Part shown: in pieces, positions 41,878 to 54,400 of the stretch
Layout of the letters: each line of letters starts with the position of its first letter
Numbering within the stretch: position 1 is the first letter of the stretch
Translations under genes and position numbers: made by a program
Source of the DNA: Macrostomum lignano
Lineage: Eukaryota
Direction: 5' to 3'
Assembly: GCA_002269645.1 (NCBI GenBank)
Contig: NIVC01000362.1
Coordinates: 186,001-250,000, forward strand
Length of the DNA stretch: 64,000 nt
Notes under the pieces: model-generated
Told to the model about the DNA's origin: nothing
Databases searched by the model: none
The model's input: only the letters and a program-made list of their open reading frames with translations

Positions 41878-42350
41878 ACGGGACTAGGGAAGCATTCTAG
41901 GAAACGGGACTAGGAAAGCATTCTAGGAAACGGGACTAGGGAAGCATTCTAGGAAACGGGACTAGGAAAGCATTCTTAAAAACGAGACTAGGGAAGAATT
42001 ATTGGAAACGGGACTAGGGAAGCATTCTTAGAAACGGAACTAGGGAAGAATTATTGGAAACGGGACTAGGGAAGCATTCTTAGAAACGGGACTAGGGAAG
42101 AATTCTTGGAAACGGGACTAGGGAAGCATTCTTAGAAACAGGACTAGGGAAGAATTCTTGGAAACGGGACTAGGAAAGAATTCTTAGAAATGGGACTAGG
42201 AAAGAATCATTGGAAACGGGACTAGGGAAGCATTCTTAGAAATGGGACTAGGGAAGCATTCTTAGAAATAGGACTAGGGAAGCATTCTTGGAAACGGGGC
42301 TAGAAAAGAATTCTTGGAAACGGGAGTAGGGAGGGATTCTAAATGGGACT
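41878..42350. repeat. 26-bp minisatellite
   Basis: Unit ctagggaagcattcttagaaacggga. Confidence 0.95.
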
Positions 42351-42409
42351 AGGGAAGGATCGCAAAGGAAGCAAGGAATGACTCGAGGGGTGCTAAGATG
42401 GATTCGAAT

Positions 42410-43110
42410 GAGGTATTGGGGTAGATTCATAAAGTATTGGGGTAGATTCATAGGGTATTGGTGTGGATTCATAGGGTATTGGGGTAGATTCATAGGGTAT
42501 TGGTGTGGATTCATAGGGTATTGGGGTAGATTTATAGGGTATTGGTGTGGATTCATAGGGTATTGGGGTAGATTCATAGGGTATTGGGGTAGATTCATAA
42601 AGTATTGGGGTAGATTTATAGGGTATTGGTGTGGATTCATAGGGTATTGGGGTAGATTTATAGGGTATTGGTGTGGATTCATAGGGTATTGGTGTGGATT
42701 CATAGGGTATTGGTGTAGATTCATAGGGTATTGGGGTAGATTCATAGGGTATTGGGGTAGATTCATAGGGTATTGGTGTGGATTCATAGGGTATTGGTGT
42801 GGATTCATAGGGTATTGGTGTAGATTCATAGGGTATTGGGGTAGATTCATAGGGTATTGGTGTGGATTCATAGGGTAGATTTATAGGGTATTGGTGTGGA
42901 TTCATAGGGTATTGGGGTAGGTGTGGATTCATAGGGTATTGGGGTAGATTCATAAGGTATTGAGGTAGATTCATAGGAAAGAATTCCTATTCCTAATTCA
43001 TAGGGTAGATTCATAGGGTATTGGTGTGGATTCATGGGGTATTGGGGTAGACTCCTACTAGGGTATTGGGGTATATTCATAGGGTATTGGTGTGGATTCA
43101 TATGGTATTG
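42410..43110. repeat. 21-bp minisatellite
   Basis: Unit gattcatagggtattggggta / gattcatagggtattggtgtg. Confidence 0.96.
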
Positions 43111-43409
43111 GGTTAATTTAATGGTTTATTCAATTAAAAGTGAAACGCAAGGTTAAAGATCAGTGGCAGTGTGAGAAAGCAGTCAATATAGTTTATTTGT
43201 AATTCTGTTAAGCTACAATATTACTTTATACTATTTTGTGCCTAGTAAAAACAGTTGCTGGAATATTAGCTATCAGCCATTAACTCAGCAGAGCGCCGTA
43301 CTGAGTAAAAAGTATATAAAATTGTACTTTATTGAGGTTGTCAATCGTTTATATAATCACTATAGATCGGAAATTGTGTATATATATTCAATCTACGCTA
43401 ATATATCTT

Positions 43410-44725
43410 AGATCTATATCTAGCTAAACAGTATGAATAGATCTAGCTGTAGATCAAGATTTAGCTAAACAGTATGAATAGATCTAGCTGTAGATCAAGA
43501 TTTAGCTAAACAGTATGAATAGATCTAGCTGTATATCCAGATCTAGCTAAACAGTATGAATAGATCTAGCTGTATATCCAGATCTAGCTAAACAGTATGA
43601 ATAGATCTAGCTGTAGATCCAGATCAAGCTAAACAGTATGAATAGATCTAGCTGTAGATCCAGATCTAGCTAAACAGTATGAATAGATCTAGCTGTATAT
43701 CCAGATCTAGCTAAACAGTATGAATAGATCTAGCTGTAGATCCAGATCTAGCTAAACAGTATGAATAGATCTAGCTGTAGATCCAGATCTAGCTAAACAG
43801 TATGAATAGATCTAGCTGTAGATCCAGATCAAGCTAAACAGTATGAATAGATCTAGCTGTAGATCCAGATCTAGCTAAACAGTATGAATAGATCTAGCTG
43901 TAGATCCAGATCAAGCTAAACAGTATGAATAGATCTAGCTGTAGATCCAGATCTAGCTAAACAGTATGAATAGATCTAGCTGTAGATCCAGATCAAGCTA
44001 AACAGTATGAATAGATCTAGCTGTAGATCCAGATCTAGCTAAACAGTATGAATAGATCTAGCTGTAGATCCAGATCTAGCTAAACAGTATGAATAGATCT
44101 AGCTGTAGATCCAGATCTAGCTAAACAGTATGAATAGATCTAGCTGTAGATCCAGATCTAGCTAAACAGTATGAATAGATCTAGCTGTAGATCCAGATCT
44201 AGCTAAACAGTATGAATAGATCTAGCTGCAGATCCAGATCTAGCTAATCCGTAGTCACAGATCTAGCAGCAGACCCAGATCTAGCTAGTCCGTAGTCATA
44301 GATCTAGCTGCAGATCCAGATCTAGCTAATCCGTAGTCACAGATCTAGCTGCAGACCCAGATCTAGATAGTCCGTAGTCACAGATCTAGCTGCAGATCCA
44401 GATCTAGCTAATCCGTAGTCACAGATCTAGCTGCAGACCCAGATCTAGCTAATCCGTAGTCACAGATCTAGCTGCAGACCCAGATCTAGCTAATCCGTAG
44501 TCACAGATCTAGCTGCAGACCCAGATCTAGCTAGTCCGTAGTCACAGATCTAGCTGCAGACCCAGATCTAGCTAATCCGTAGTCACAGATCTAGCTGCAG
44601 ATCCAGATCTAGCTAATCCGTAGTCACAGATCTAGCTGCAGATCCAGATCTAGCTAATCCGTAGTCACAGATCTAGCTGCAGACCCAGATCTAGCTAGTC
44701 CGTAGTCACAGATCTAGCTGCAGAT
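43410..44725. repeat. 41-bp palindrome-rich minisatellite with two sequential unit variants
   Basis: ctagctaaacagtatgaatagatctagctgtagatccagat up to about 44225, then ctagctaatccgtagtcacagatctagctgcagacccagat. Confidence 0.97.
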
Positions 44726-45474
44726 CTAAGTTAAACAGTATCTCCAATCGCAGCCACAAAGTCGTCCATTCAAAGCTAGATAAGCTTTATTACAATGTAT
44801 TTTCACATTAACAGCAATGCGATGTGTTTCATGTAAAAAGTAAACAATGTTTAAACGTATCTTGTCAGGAAACAATAAATCATATATATATACGTTTCTT
44901 GATATGATAAGATCATAACACTAGCAGGGAGCTGCAGACAGAAGGAATTCTAAGAACTGTAAACAAGATAGAAACACATAGGCAGAACGACATAAATGAT
45001 CAGTTCGTTTTATAACTAACTAAAAGTTACACTTTAAAAGACTTAAACTCGTGCATAAAAATGCAGTGCAATAGAAAAGAAGGGGTCATTGTGCGCTGTT
45101 TAACAATAACAATCTGCATTTTCTTAAGAAATATTTCATAAAAAATATCAAAAAGCAGAACTACAACATTAGTAGTAAAGCGCAATTTCTGTTGACTAAC
45201 CTTGTGCATAACGATAACAACAACAAAAATATCAATAAAAACACGACTAGAATGTACAGACAAAAAAGTCTAGATGAAATATTAAAATTTATCACAACGA
45301 AATAATAATAGAAAGGTAATTATTATGCATTAATTATTTTAATTTAAAGCAATAAAAACACATACAAAGCTTTTATAGTAGAGACTACTACTTGTACAAT
45401 AGTAGTACTTAGTGTAAACGTTAACATTTTTTAAGAGAAGAAAAATGAACCCAACAGAACACAATTAGACCCGA

Positions 45475-48400
45475 TCAGCCTTGATTAGCATAGTGCGCGT
45501 ACAGAACCCCAGGATTCTGCTGCTGCTGGTGATACAGTTGCTGCTGTTGCTGCTGCTGTTGAAGCTGCTGGCTAGGCAGAGTTCGGTACATACTGCCGCT
45601 AGTGCCGCTACCATTCACACCGTGACCATTATTAGTTCTGCCCAGTGTTGCAAACTGCTGTTGTTGCTGCTGCTGCAAAAGAAGCAACTGCTGCTGCTGC
45701 TGTTGCGGATTTAGTGGAGTCCGCTCCATCAGCAGCTCATCCTGTTCGCCGTATCCGTCAATATCTGGCGGCGGCAGTGGCGGCTTCTCGTTCGGCAAGA
45801 TCAGCGGCTTACTGGGAGCAGAGGGGCGCTCCTCCAGCTCCTCGGCGAATATGATTGGCACGTGTTTGCTGGTTAAACTGAAGTCGCCGCCGTGGCGAGA
45901 CAGGCTGGCATTGTGATACTGTTGCTGCTGCTGCTGCTGCGGGACCTGCTGCTGTTGATAAGACACGTGTCTGCTTCTCTGCTGCTGCTGACCGCCTCTG
46001 CCATTTGCTGGTTTCCTTTTATACAGACAGCAGGCCACTAGCAGAGCTACTAGCAGAGCCAGCAGCACCAGACCGCAGGCGGGAGCAACTGTAATTAACA
46101 ATACATTGGAATCTCCCATTGAAGCTGTGTCGATATCGCTGCTACTGCCCGCTGCATTGTTGTTAATGACGCCACTGTCGCTGCCTCCTCCGCCAGGATA
46201 AGCTGGATAATCCGGCACAATGGTATTAATAGGATGATGACTTTGCATATAATTATCGTACAGTCGGAATAGATCTCCATAATTATAGCTGCTGCAATTG
46301 CCTTCCAATAGGAACTCCAGGGTGTGCATTCCAATGGCATTGGAGATTAGCATTCCCGCCAGCTTCTCTGACGCTACGCGGCGGAGTATGACTAATTGAT
46401 CCACCGGACAGAATATGCGGTACCTGAGGGGCGAGTGCAAATTAATAAGTTTACTTATATCGTATAATTATCATATAGTTAGCGTTGAGAATAACGTTCT
46501 TTTAAGTTGCAAGACAAAAAAACATCTGGAGATAAGAGGGGATTAAAAAACCTGGAGATGAGGCGATTAAAAAACCTGGAGATGAGGGAATTAAACACAC
46601 CTGGAAATAAGAGGGGATTAAAGACACCAGGAGATAAGAGGGGATTAAAAACACATGGAGATAAGAGGGGATTATAAGCAGCAGGAGATAAAAGGGGATT
46701 AAAACACCTGGAGATAAGAGGGGATTATAAGCAGCAGGAGATAAGAGAGGATTAAAAACACCCGGGGATATGAGGGGATTATAAGCAGCAGGAGATAAGA
46801 GGGGATTAAAAACTCCTAGAGATAAGAGGATTTTAAAAACACCTGGAGATAAGAGGGGATTAAAACACCTGGAGATAAGAGGGGATTAAAAACACCTGGA
46901 CATAAGAGGGGATTAAAAACACCTGGAGATAAGAGATGATTAAAAACACCTGGAGATAAGAGATGATTAAAAACACCTGGAGATAAGAGATGATTAAAAA
47001 CACCTGGAGATAAGAGATGATTAAAAACACCTGGAGATAAGAGGGGATTAAAAACACCTGGAGATAAGAGATGATTAAAAACACCTGGAGATAAGAGATG
47101 ATTAAAAACACCTGGAGATAAGAGATGATTAAAAACACCTGGAGATAAGAGGGGATTAAAAACACCTGGAGATAAGAGGGGATTAAAAACACCTGGAGAT
47201 AAGAGGGGATTAAAAACTCCTGGAGATGAGGGGATTAAAAACACCTGGAGATAAGAGATGATTAAAAACACCTGGAGATAAGAGGGGATTAAAAACACCT
47301 GGAGATAAGAGATGATTAAAAACACCTGGAGATAAGAGGGGATTAAAAACACCTGGAGATAAGAGGGGATTAAAAACACCTGGAGATAAGAGGGGATTAA
47401 AAACTCCTGGAGATGAGGGGATTAAAAACACCTAGAGATAAGAGATGATTAAAAACACCTGGAGATAAGAGGGGATTAAAAACACCTGGAGATAAGAGGG
47501 GATTAAAAACACCTGGAGATAAGAGGGGATTAAAAACACCTGGTGATAAGAGGGGATTAAAAACACCTGGAGATAAGAGATGATTAAAAACACCTGGAGA
47601 TAAGAGATGATTAAAAACACCTGGAGATAAGAGGGGATTAAAAACACCTGGAGATAAGAGATGATTAAAAACACCTGGAGATAAGAGGGGATTAAAAACT
47701 TCTGGAGATGAGGGGATTAAAAACACCTGGAGATAAGAGGGGATTAAAAACACCTGGAGATAAGAGGGGATTAAAAACTTCTGGAGATGAGGGGATTAAA
47801 AACACCAGGAGATAAGAGGGGATTAAAAACACCAGGAGATAAGATGAATAACTAGAAATTGCATCTTTTAGCTTACAAATATCAGATAATTAAAACACCT
47901 GAGGATATAAAGGTGGAACATCGGTTAAATCTACGTTTGTAAAGAATCTAGCCAAACAATGCGAACAATGCAGTGGAAACAACGCACTTTCCAAATCCAT
48001 CAATAACGGCGCCGTCGCTGTCGTAACCAACCACGGTCCAATCAACCGTGAAATTCACAACACTACCAGGCACTTTTAACTGGTGCTGCAGATCGTCAGG
48101 CGGCAAGCGCATGTAGACTTTATTTCCGGACAGCGCGGCCGACACTAAGTCGTTTAGTTGTCGAAAAAATCGATATTGACTATTCGAATCTGCAACCCGA
48201 TAGCGGTCAACAGCGATACGCATTCGAACTCGATGGAAACGGAACGGGCCCCACTGAGGCTGCTCGACAACTACAGAGAGGTTGAATCGAACTGGCGGAG
48301 CGTTTGGCGACACGGTGCTGCGGACCAGCACTACGAACTGCTTGGGACCGACATCGGCGTCGAATGGAATGCCCTGAAAGGCGGCGATTTTTTAAAGTGC

Positions 48401-51400
48401 ACAGAATTTATTTACTTTAAAAGTACATCTTGGGCTAAAAGTACAAACTTTATAAAAGAAGTACGATGCAGGTAACACAGGTAAAAATATCTCAAGGACA
48501 CAAATAGTTCCGAGTGAGTTCAAGTCGAGAGTCCGACGCCCCAACCACTAGGCTGCAACCCTGGCCATTAAATATGTAAATACAACGATCTAAAAGTACA
48601 TTCTAAAGAAGCCTAGAATCCAAGTATGTAAAAAGCAATACAAACCTCAAAGCCGCGAATAGTGGCATTCCAAGCGATAAACCTATTAGCATTGCTACAG
48701 ACTTCACCGTCATCGCTAGCGTGGGTGCACAATTGCAACGGCAATACTCGCAGATTGTTGCCATAGGAATCGTTAACGCAGCCTAATCGTTTAATTGGAC
48801 GACTAAAGCCGCTACCAGCGCTAGTGGAAAATGGCAACAAGCAATACACTCCGTGCTCTTTAGTAGTGACGTAGTTCACCCGCAGTCCGGACCGGCTGCT
48901 ACTAGGAGCAAAGGTTGGCGGCCAAACGGGCTGAGGCGGCAGCATTGGGTCAGGCGTGGTGACCCTGTTCTGTCCGGTATCGGGACACGCTCCGGCCGAT
49001 GCCAGATAGTAGCGCATCGGGAATTCGTACTTGCTAGACGTGCAAGTGCCTAACGGCATGTCAATGAGCTGTATCGGTGTCAGATGGGGCGCCAGAGCGG
49101 CCGCAAAGTCTGGCCAAGGCTGGCCGTCGGCTTTGCTGTCTTTGCAATAGCGAAACATTTTCTTGGCCTCTTCAATGATTGACAGGCGAGGACAATAGTT
49201 GATGCCGTAGTTGATAATGCAGCCGAATACTAGTACCATACTGCGCGATCGGCTATCGGTGCGGTTCATCCATTTCAAATGAATGCCGGTTTCTGGCAGC
49301 AATCTACTACTACTGATAGTAATACCGACAACATTTTTTGTTTTAGTGGACAAAAATTTGCCAATTTTTTCAATAATACTGTAGAGAGGCGCTGTTTCGG
49401 TTTCCAGTTTGCGAAGATAATCTAGTTGAGATTCGACGTGCAGTCTGTACTCATGATTGACCTGCGATTTGTTAGAGTGCCGGATTATTTAGTTTGTCAT
49501 TAATGCATTTGGCCGCTTTAATGCGATTCTATAACAGGGATTTTTATTAGTGCCTAAATTGGATCTGGGATGTCAAACTGGGATTTGAGGGGGCGCCTAA
49601 ATGGGATTTGAGGGGCGCCTAAATGGGATTTGAGGGGCGCCTAAATGGGATTTGAGGGGCGCCTAAATGGGATTTGAGGAGCGCCTAAATGGGATTTGAG
49701 GAGCGCCTAAATGGGATTTGAGGGGCGCCTAAATGGGATTTGAGGGGCACCTAAATGGGATTTGAGGGGTGCCTAAATGGGATTTGAGGAGCGCCTAAAT
49801 GGGATTTGAGGAGCGCCTAAATGGGATTTGAGGAGCGCCTAAATGGGATTTGAGGAGCGCCTAAATGGGATTTGAGGGGCGCCTAAATGGGATTTGAGGG
49901 GCGCCTAAATGGGATTTGAGGGGTGCAAAAAAGGGATTTGAAAGGCGCAAAAAAGGAATTTGAGGGGGCGCCAAAATGTGTTTTAGGGACGCCAAAATGT
50001 GTTTTTAGGGACGCCAAAATGTGTTTTTAGGGACGCCAAAATGGGATTTGAGAGGCGCCAATATGGGATTTAAAGGGGCGCCAAAATGGAATTTCAGGAG
50101 GCACCGAAATGAGATTTGAAATGGCGCAAAAATGGGATTTAAAGAGGCGCCTAAATGAGATTTGAGGAGGCGCCGAAATGGGATTTAAAGAGGTGCCAAA
50201 AAGGGATTTAAAGAGGTGCCAAAATGGGAATTAGGAGATGTCAAAATTTAAAACGCAAAAAGGGACTTAAGAGAGACGTCAACATCAACTACGATAATAA
50301 TAATTTAGAACGGGCTATAAAACACAAAATTTGCTACCAGTAGTCGCAGTTGACTAACCTTATTCTGGTGAGCATAATCTTCTGTCCTAGATTCGGTCAC
50401 TTTATAGCCAACGGTTAGTACGGCAGTTTTATTATACTTGCTAGTAGCCAACAGATAGACAGGCGTAGGCAGAGCTGTCAGCTGCTGTTTTCGCCAGGCC
50501 AGACCGTACACTCGACTAGTTGTCGCGTTGAATTGCAACGGCGACTGCGGCGAAAAACTAACGCAACGATTTCTAATCGGACTGACGCAGATTCTGATAT
50601 CGTGAGCCAACGCGTGAGCGAAATAATCTGCCGGATCGATTAGCCGATTGTAGCGAAGGCCTAGAATGAGGCGGAACAGCTTCTTGTCGGCCTCGATGGA
50701 GAGTAGCCGCTGGGGCGGTTTAGGCTCCGGCACCCGGATGGTAAACCCAATGTAGGCCTGCTTGCCTCCGCTGTCCCTCACGTGCAGGCTGCACTTGTGC
50801 TGTGAACCGATGTCTTTGGCGGCTGGGTTGGGTGCGGGAGGTGTGACAGACTGTTGTTTTGCTCATATGGCAGTTAGATTGCAATGGTATATAGCCAATG
50901 CTTGTAGACACTGCTAGATCTATAGTAGCTAGATTTACAGTAGCTAGATCTGCAGTAGCTAGATCTATAGTAGCTAGATCTACAGTAGCTAGATTTATAG
51001 TAGCTAGATCTACAGTAGCTAGATCTATCGTAGCTAGACCCGCAGTAGCTAGATCTATAGTAGCTAGACCCGCAGTAGCTAGATCTATAGTAGCTAGACC
51101 CACAGTAGCTAGATCTGCAGTAGCTAGATCTATAGTAGCTAGACCCGCAGTAGCTAGATCTATAGTAGCTAGACCCACAGTAGCTAGATCTGCAGTAGCT
51201 AGATCTACAGTAGCTAGATCTACAGTAGCTAGATCTATAGTAGCTACATCTACAGTAGCTAGATCTACAGTAGCTAGATCTATAGTAGCTAGACCCGCAG
51301 TAGCTAGATCTATAGTAGCTAGACCCACAGTAGCTAGATCTATAGTAGCTAGATCTACAGTAGCTAGATCTGCAGTAGCTAGATTTATAGTAGCTAGATC

Positions 51401-54400
51401 TACAGTAGCTAGATCTGCAGTAGCTAGATCTACAGTAGCTAGATTTATAGTAGCTAGATCTGCAGTAGCTAGATCTGCAGTAGCTAGATCTACAGTAGCT
51501 AGATCTATAGTAGCTAGATCTGCAGTAGCTAGATCTACAGTAGCTAGATCTGCAGTAGCTGGATCTATAGTAGCTAGACCCGCAGATGCTAGATCTATAG
51601 TAGCTAGATCTACAGTAGCTAGATCTATAGTAGCTAAACCCACAGTAGCTAGATCTACAGTAGCTAGATTTACAGTAGCTAGATCTGCAGTAGCTAGATC
51701 TACAGTAGCTAGATCTATAGTAGCTAAACCCACAGTAGCTAGATCTACAGTAGCTAGATCTATAGTAGCTACATCTACAGTAGCTAGATCTATAGTAGCT
51801 ACATCTACAGTAGCTAGATCTACAGTAGCTAGATCTATAGTAGCTAGATCTGCAGTAGCTAGATCTACAGTAGCTAGATCTGCAGTAGCTGGATCTATAG
51901 TAGCTAGACCCGCAGATGCTAGATCTATAGTAGCTAGATCTACAGTAGCTAGATCTATAGTAGCTAAACCCACAGTAGCTAGATCTACAGTAGCTAGATT
52001 TACAGTAGCTAGATCTGCAGTAGCTAGATCTACAGTAGCTAGATCTATAGTAGCTAAACCCACAGTAGCTAGATCTACAGTAGCTAGATCTATAGTAGCT
52101 ACATCTACAGTAGCTAGATCTATAGTAGCTACATCTACAGTAGCTAGATCTACAGTAGCTAGATCTATAGTAGCTACATCTACAGTAGCTAGATCTATAG
52201 AAGCTAGATCTGCAGTAGGGAGATCTGTATTACCTAGATCAACAACAAACAATAAAGTCCCAACTCACTCGGATGGCCCTCAAGAACCATCTCCTCTGGA
52301 ATATACCGACCAAACACGCCCAACGCATTGGCGTGACCGCAACCGGTAACCGAAGTTGTCAACTCCGCCAACAAAGAGTCCTGCCTAGCGTTCGGCATGA
52401 GAACAATTCTAGTCAGGACACCAACTGGGAAACTATAAGGCTGCGAGCTTAACTGAACCAGCTGTTGAATTCCCTGCTCAGTTGTGGTTGTCGGCGCTGG
52501 AGTTGTCGAAGTCGTAGTAGGAGTCGATCGGACGGTCGGGAGTTCGATTCTACGCGTAGGAACCGGCGGCTGTGGCGGCGGCCTAGTCGGCATAGGGGGA
52601 GAAGCGAAACCGGACGACTCGGACACGGAAGAGGGCACCGCGGCGGAGTCAGACAGGAACGATCTGCCAGAGTACAGATTTGCATTGCGGCGCAACCGAG
52701 GTGACCCTCTGCCGGTGTAGCCGCCGCCGACGCCTCCATCGACAGCAGATGTCGAAGCGTCAACATCGACAATAAGATCGGCCACATACCAGAGCAGCAC
52801 AGGCTCGGGCGTCAGTTCCCCAGTGATTGCTAATCTCTCTAACCGTTCCAACGCTTTCAAATGTCTGGCATCGATGGAGCCGCAGCCGACTTGCCAGCTG
52901 ACTCGGGCGGCTTGAACGCTTCGACGAATGTTGGCGTTGCCGGGTCCGGATGCCAGGAGGTACTGGCGCGGCTGCTGCTGCCGCCTCTGCGAGTTGGGAA
53001 CGTCTGGATACACCTCCAGGGTGGAGATTTTCACCTGAAATCAATGGGGAGAGAGGATGTAGGGGGCCATTATTCAAGGGAAGTAGGGGATGTAGGAGTC
53101 GATTTTGAATAGGTGGGATGACGGAGGCGCTTTTAAGGAAGTAGAGATGTAGGAGGCGATTTTGGGGAAGTAGGGATGTAGGAGGCGATTTTGGAGAAGT
53201 AGGGATGTAGGAGGCGATTTTAGGGAAGTAGGGATGTAGGAGGCGATTTTGGGGAAGTAGGGATGTAGGAGGCGATTTTGGGGAAGTAGGGATGTAGAAG
53301 GCGATTTTGGGGAAGTAGGGATGTAGGAGGCGATTTTGGGGAAGTAGGGATGTCGGAGGCGATTTTGGGGAAGTAGGGATGTAGGAGGCGATTTTGGGGA
53401 AGTAGGGATGTAGGAGGCGATTTTGGGGAAGTAGGGATGTAGGAGGCGAGGCGATTTTGGGGAAGTAGGGATGTAGGAGGCGATTTTGGGGATGTAGGGA
53501 TGCAGGAGGCGATTTTGGGGATGTAGGGATGCAGGAGGCGATTTTGGGGAAGTAGGGATGTAGGAGGCGATTTTGGGGAAGTAGGGATGTAGGAGGCGAT
53601 TTTGGGGAAGTAGGGATGTAAGGAGGCGATTTTAGGGAAGTAGGGATGTAGGAGGCGATTTTGGGGAAGTAGGGATGTGTCATGTAGGAGGCGATTTTGG
53701 GAAAGTAGGGATGTAGGAGGCGATTTTGGGGATGTAGGGATGTAGGAGGCGATTTTAGGGAAGTAGGGATGTAAGGAGGCGATTTTAGGGAAGTAGGGAT
53801 GTAGGAGGCGATTTTGGGGAAGTAGGGATGTGTCATGTAGGAGGCGATTTTGGGAAAGTAGGGATGTAGGAGGCGATTTTGGGGAAGTAGGGATGTAGGA
53901 GGCGATTTTGGGGAAGTAGGGATGCAGGAGGCGATTTTGGGGAAGTAGGGATGTCGGAGGCGATTTTGGGGAAGTAGGGATGTAGGAGGCGATTTTGGGG
54001 AAGTAGGGATGTCGGAGGCGATTTTAGGGAAGTAGGGATGTAGGAGGCGATTTTGGGGAAGTAGGGATGTAGGAGGCGATTTTGGGGATGTAGGGATGTA
54101 GGAGGCGATTTTAGGGAAGTAGGGATGTAAGGAGGCGATTTTAGGGAAGTAGGGATGTAGGAGGCGATTTTGGGGAAGTAGGGATGTGTCATGTAGGAGG
54201 CGATTTTGGGAAAGTAGGGATGTAGGAGGCGATTTTGGGGATGTAGGGATGTAGGAGGCGATTTTAGGGAAGTAGGGATGTAAGGAGGCGATTTTAGGGA
54301 AGTAGGGATGTAGGAGGCGATTTTGGGGAAGTAGGGATGTGTCATGTAGGAGGCGATTTTGGGAAAGTAGGGATGTAGGAGGCGATTTTGGGGAAGTAGG

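Noticed and set aside
50720-52349. 510-aa DLATV-repeat ORF (pentapeptide/antifreeze-like) and its antisense ORF
   Set aside because: They lie in the 15-bp array between an in-phase donor (52268) and acceptor (50823) of dystroglycan intron 2.
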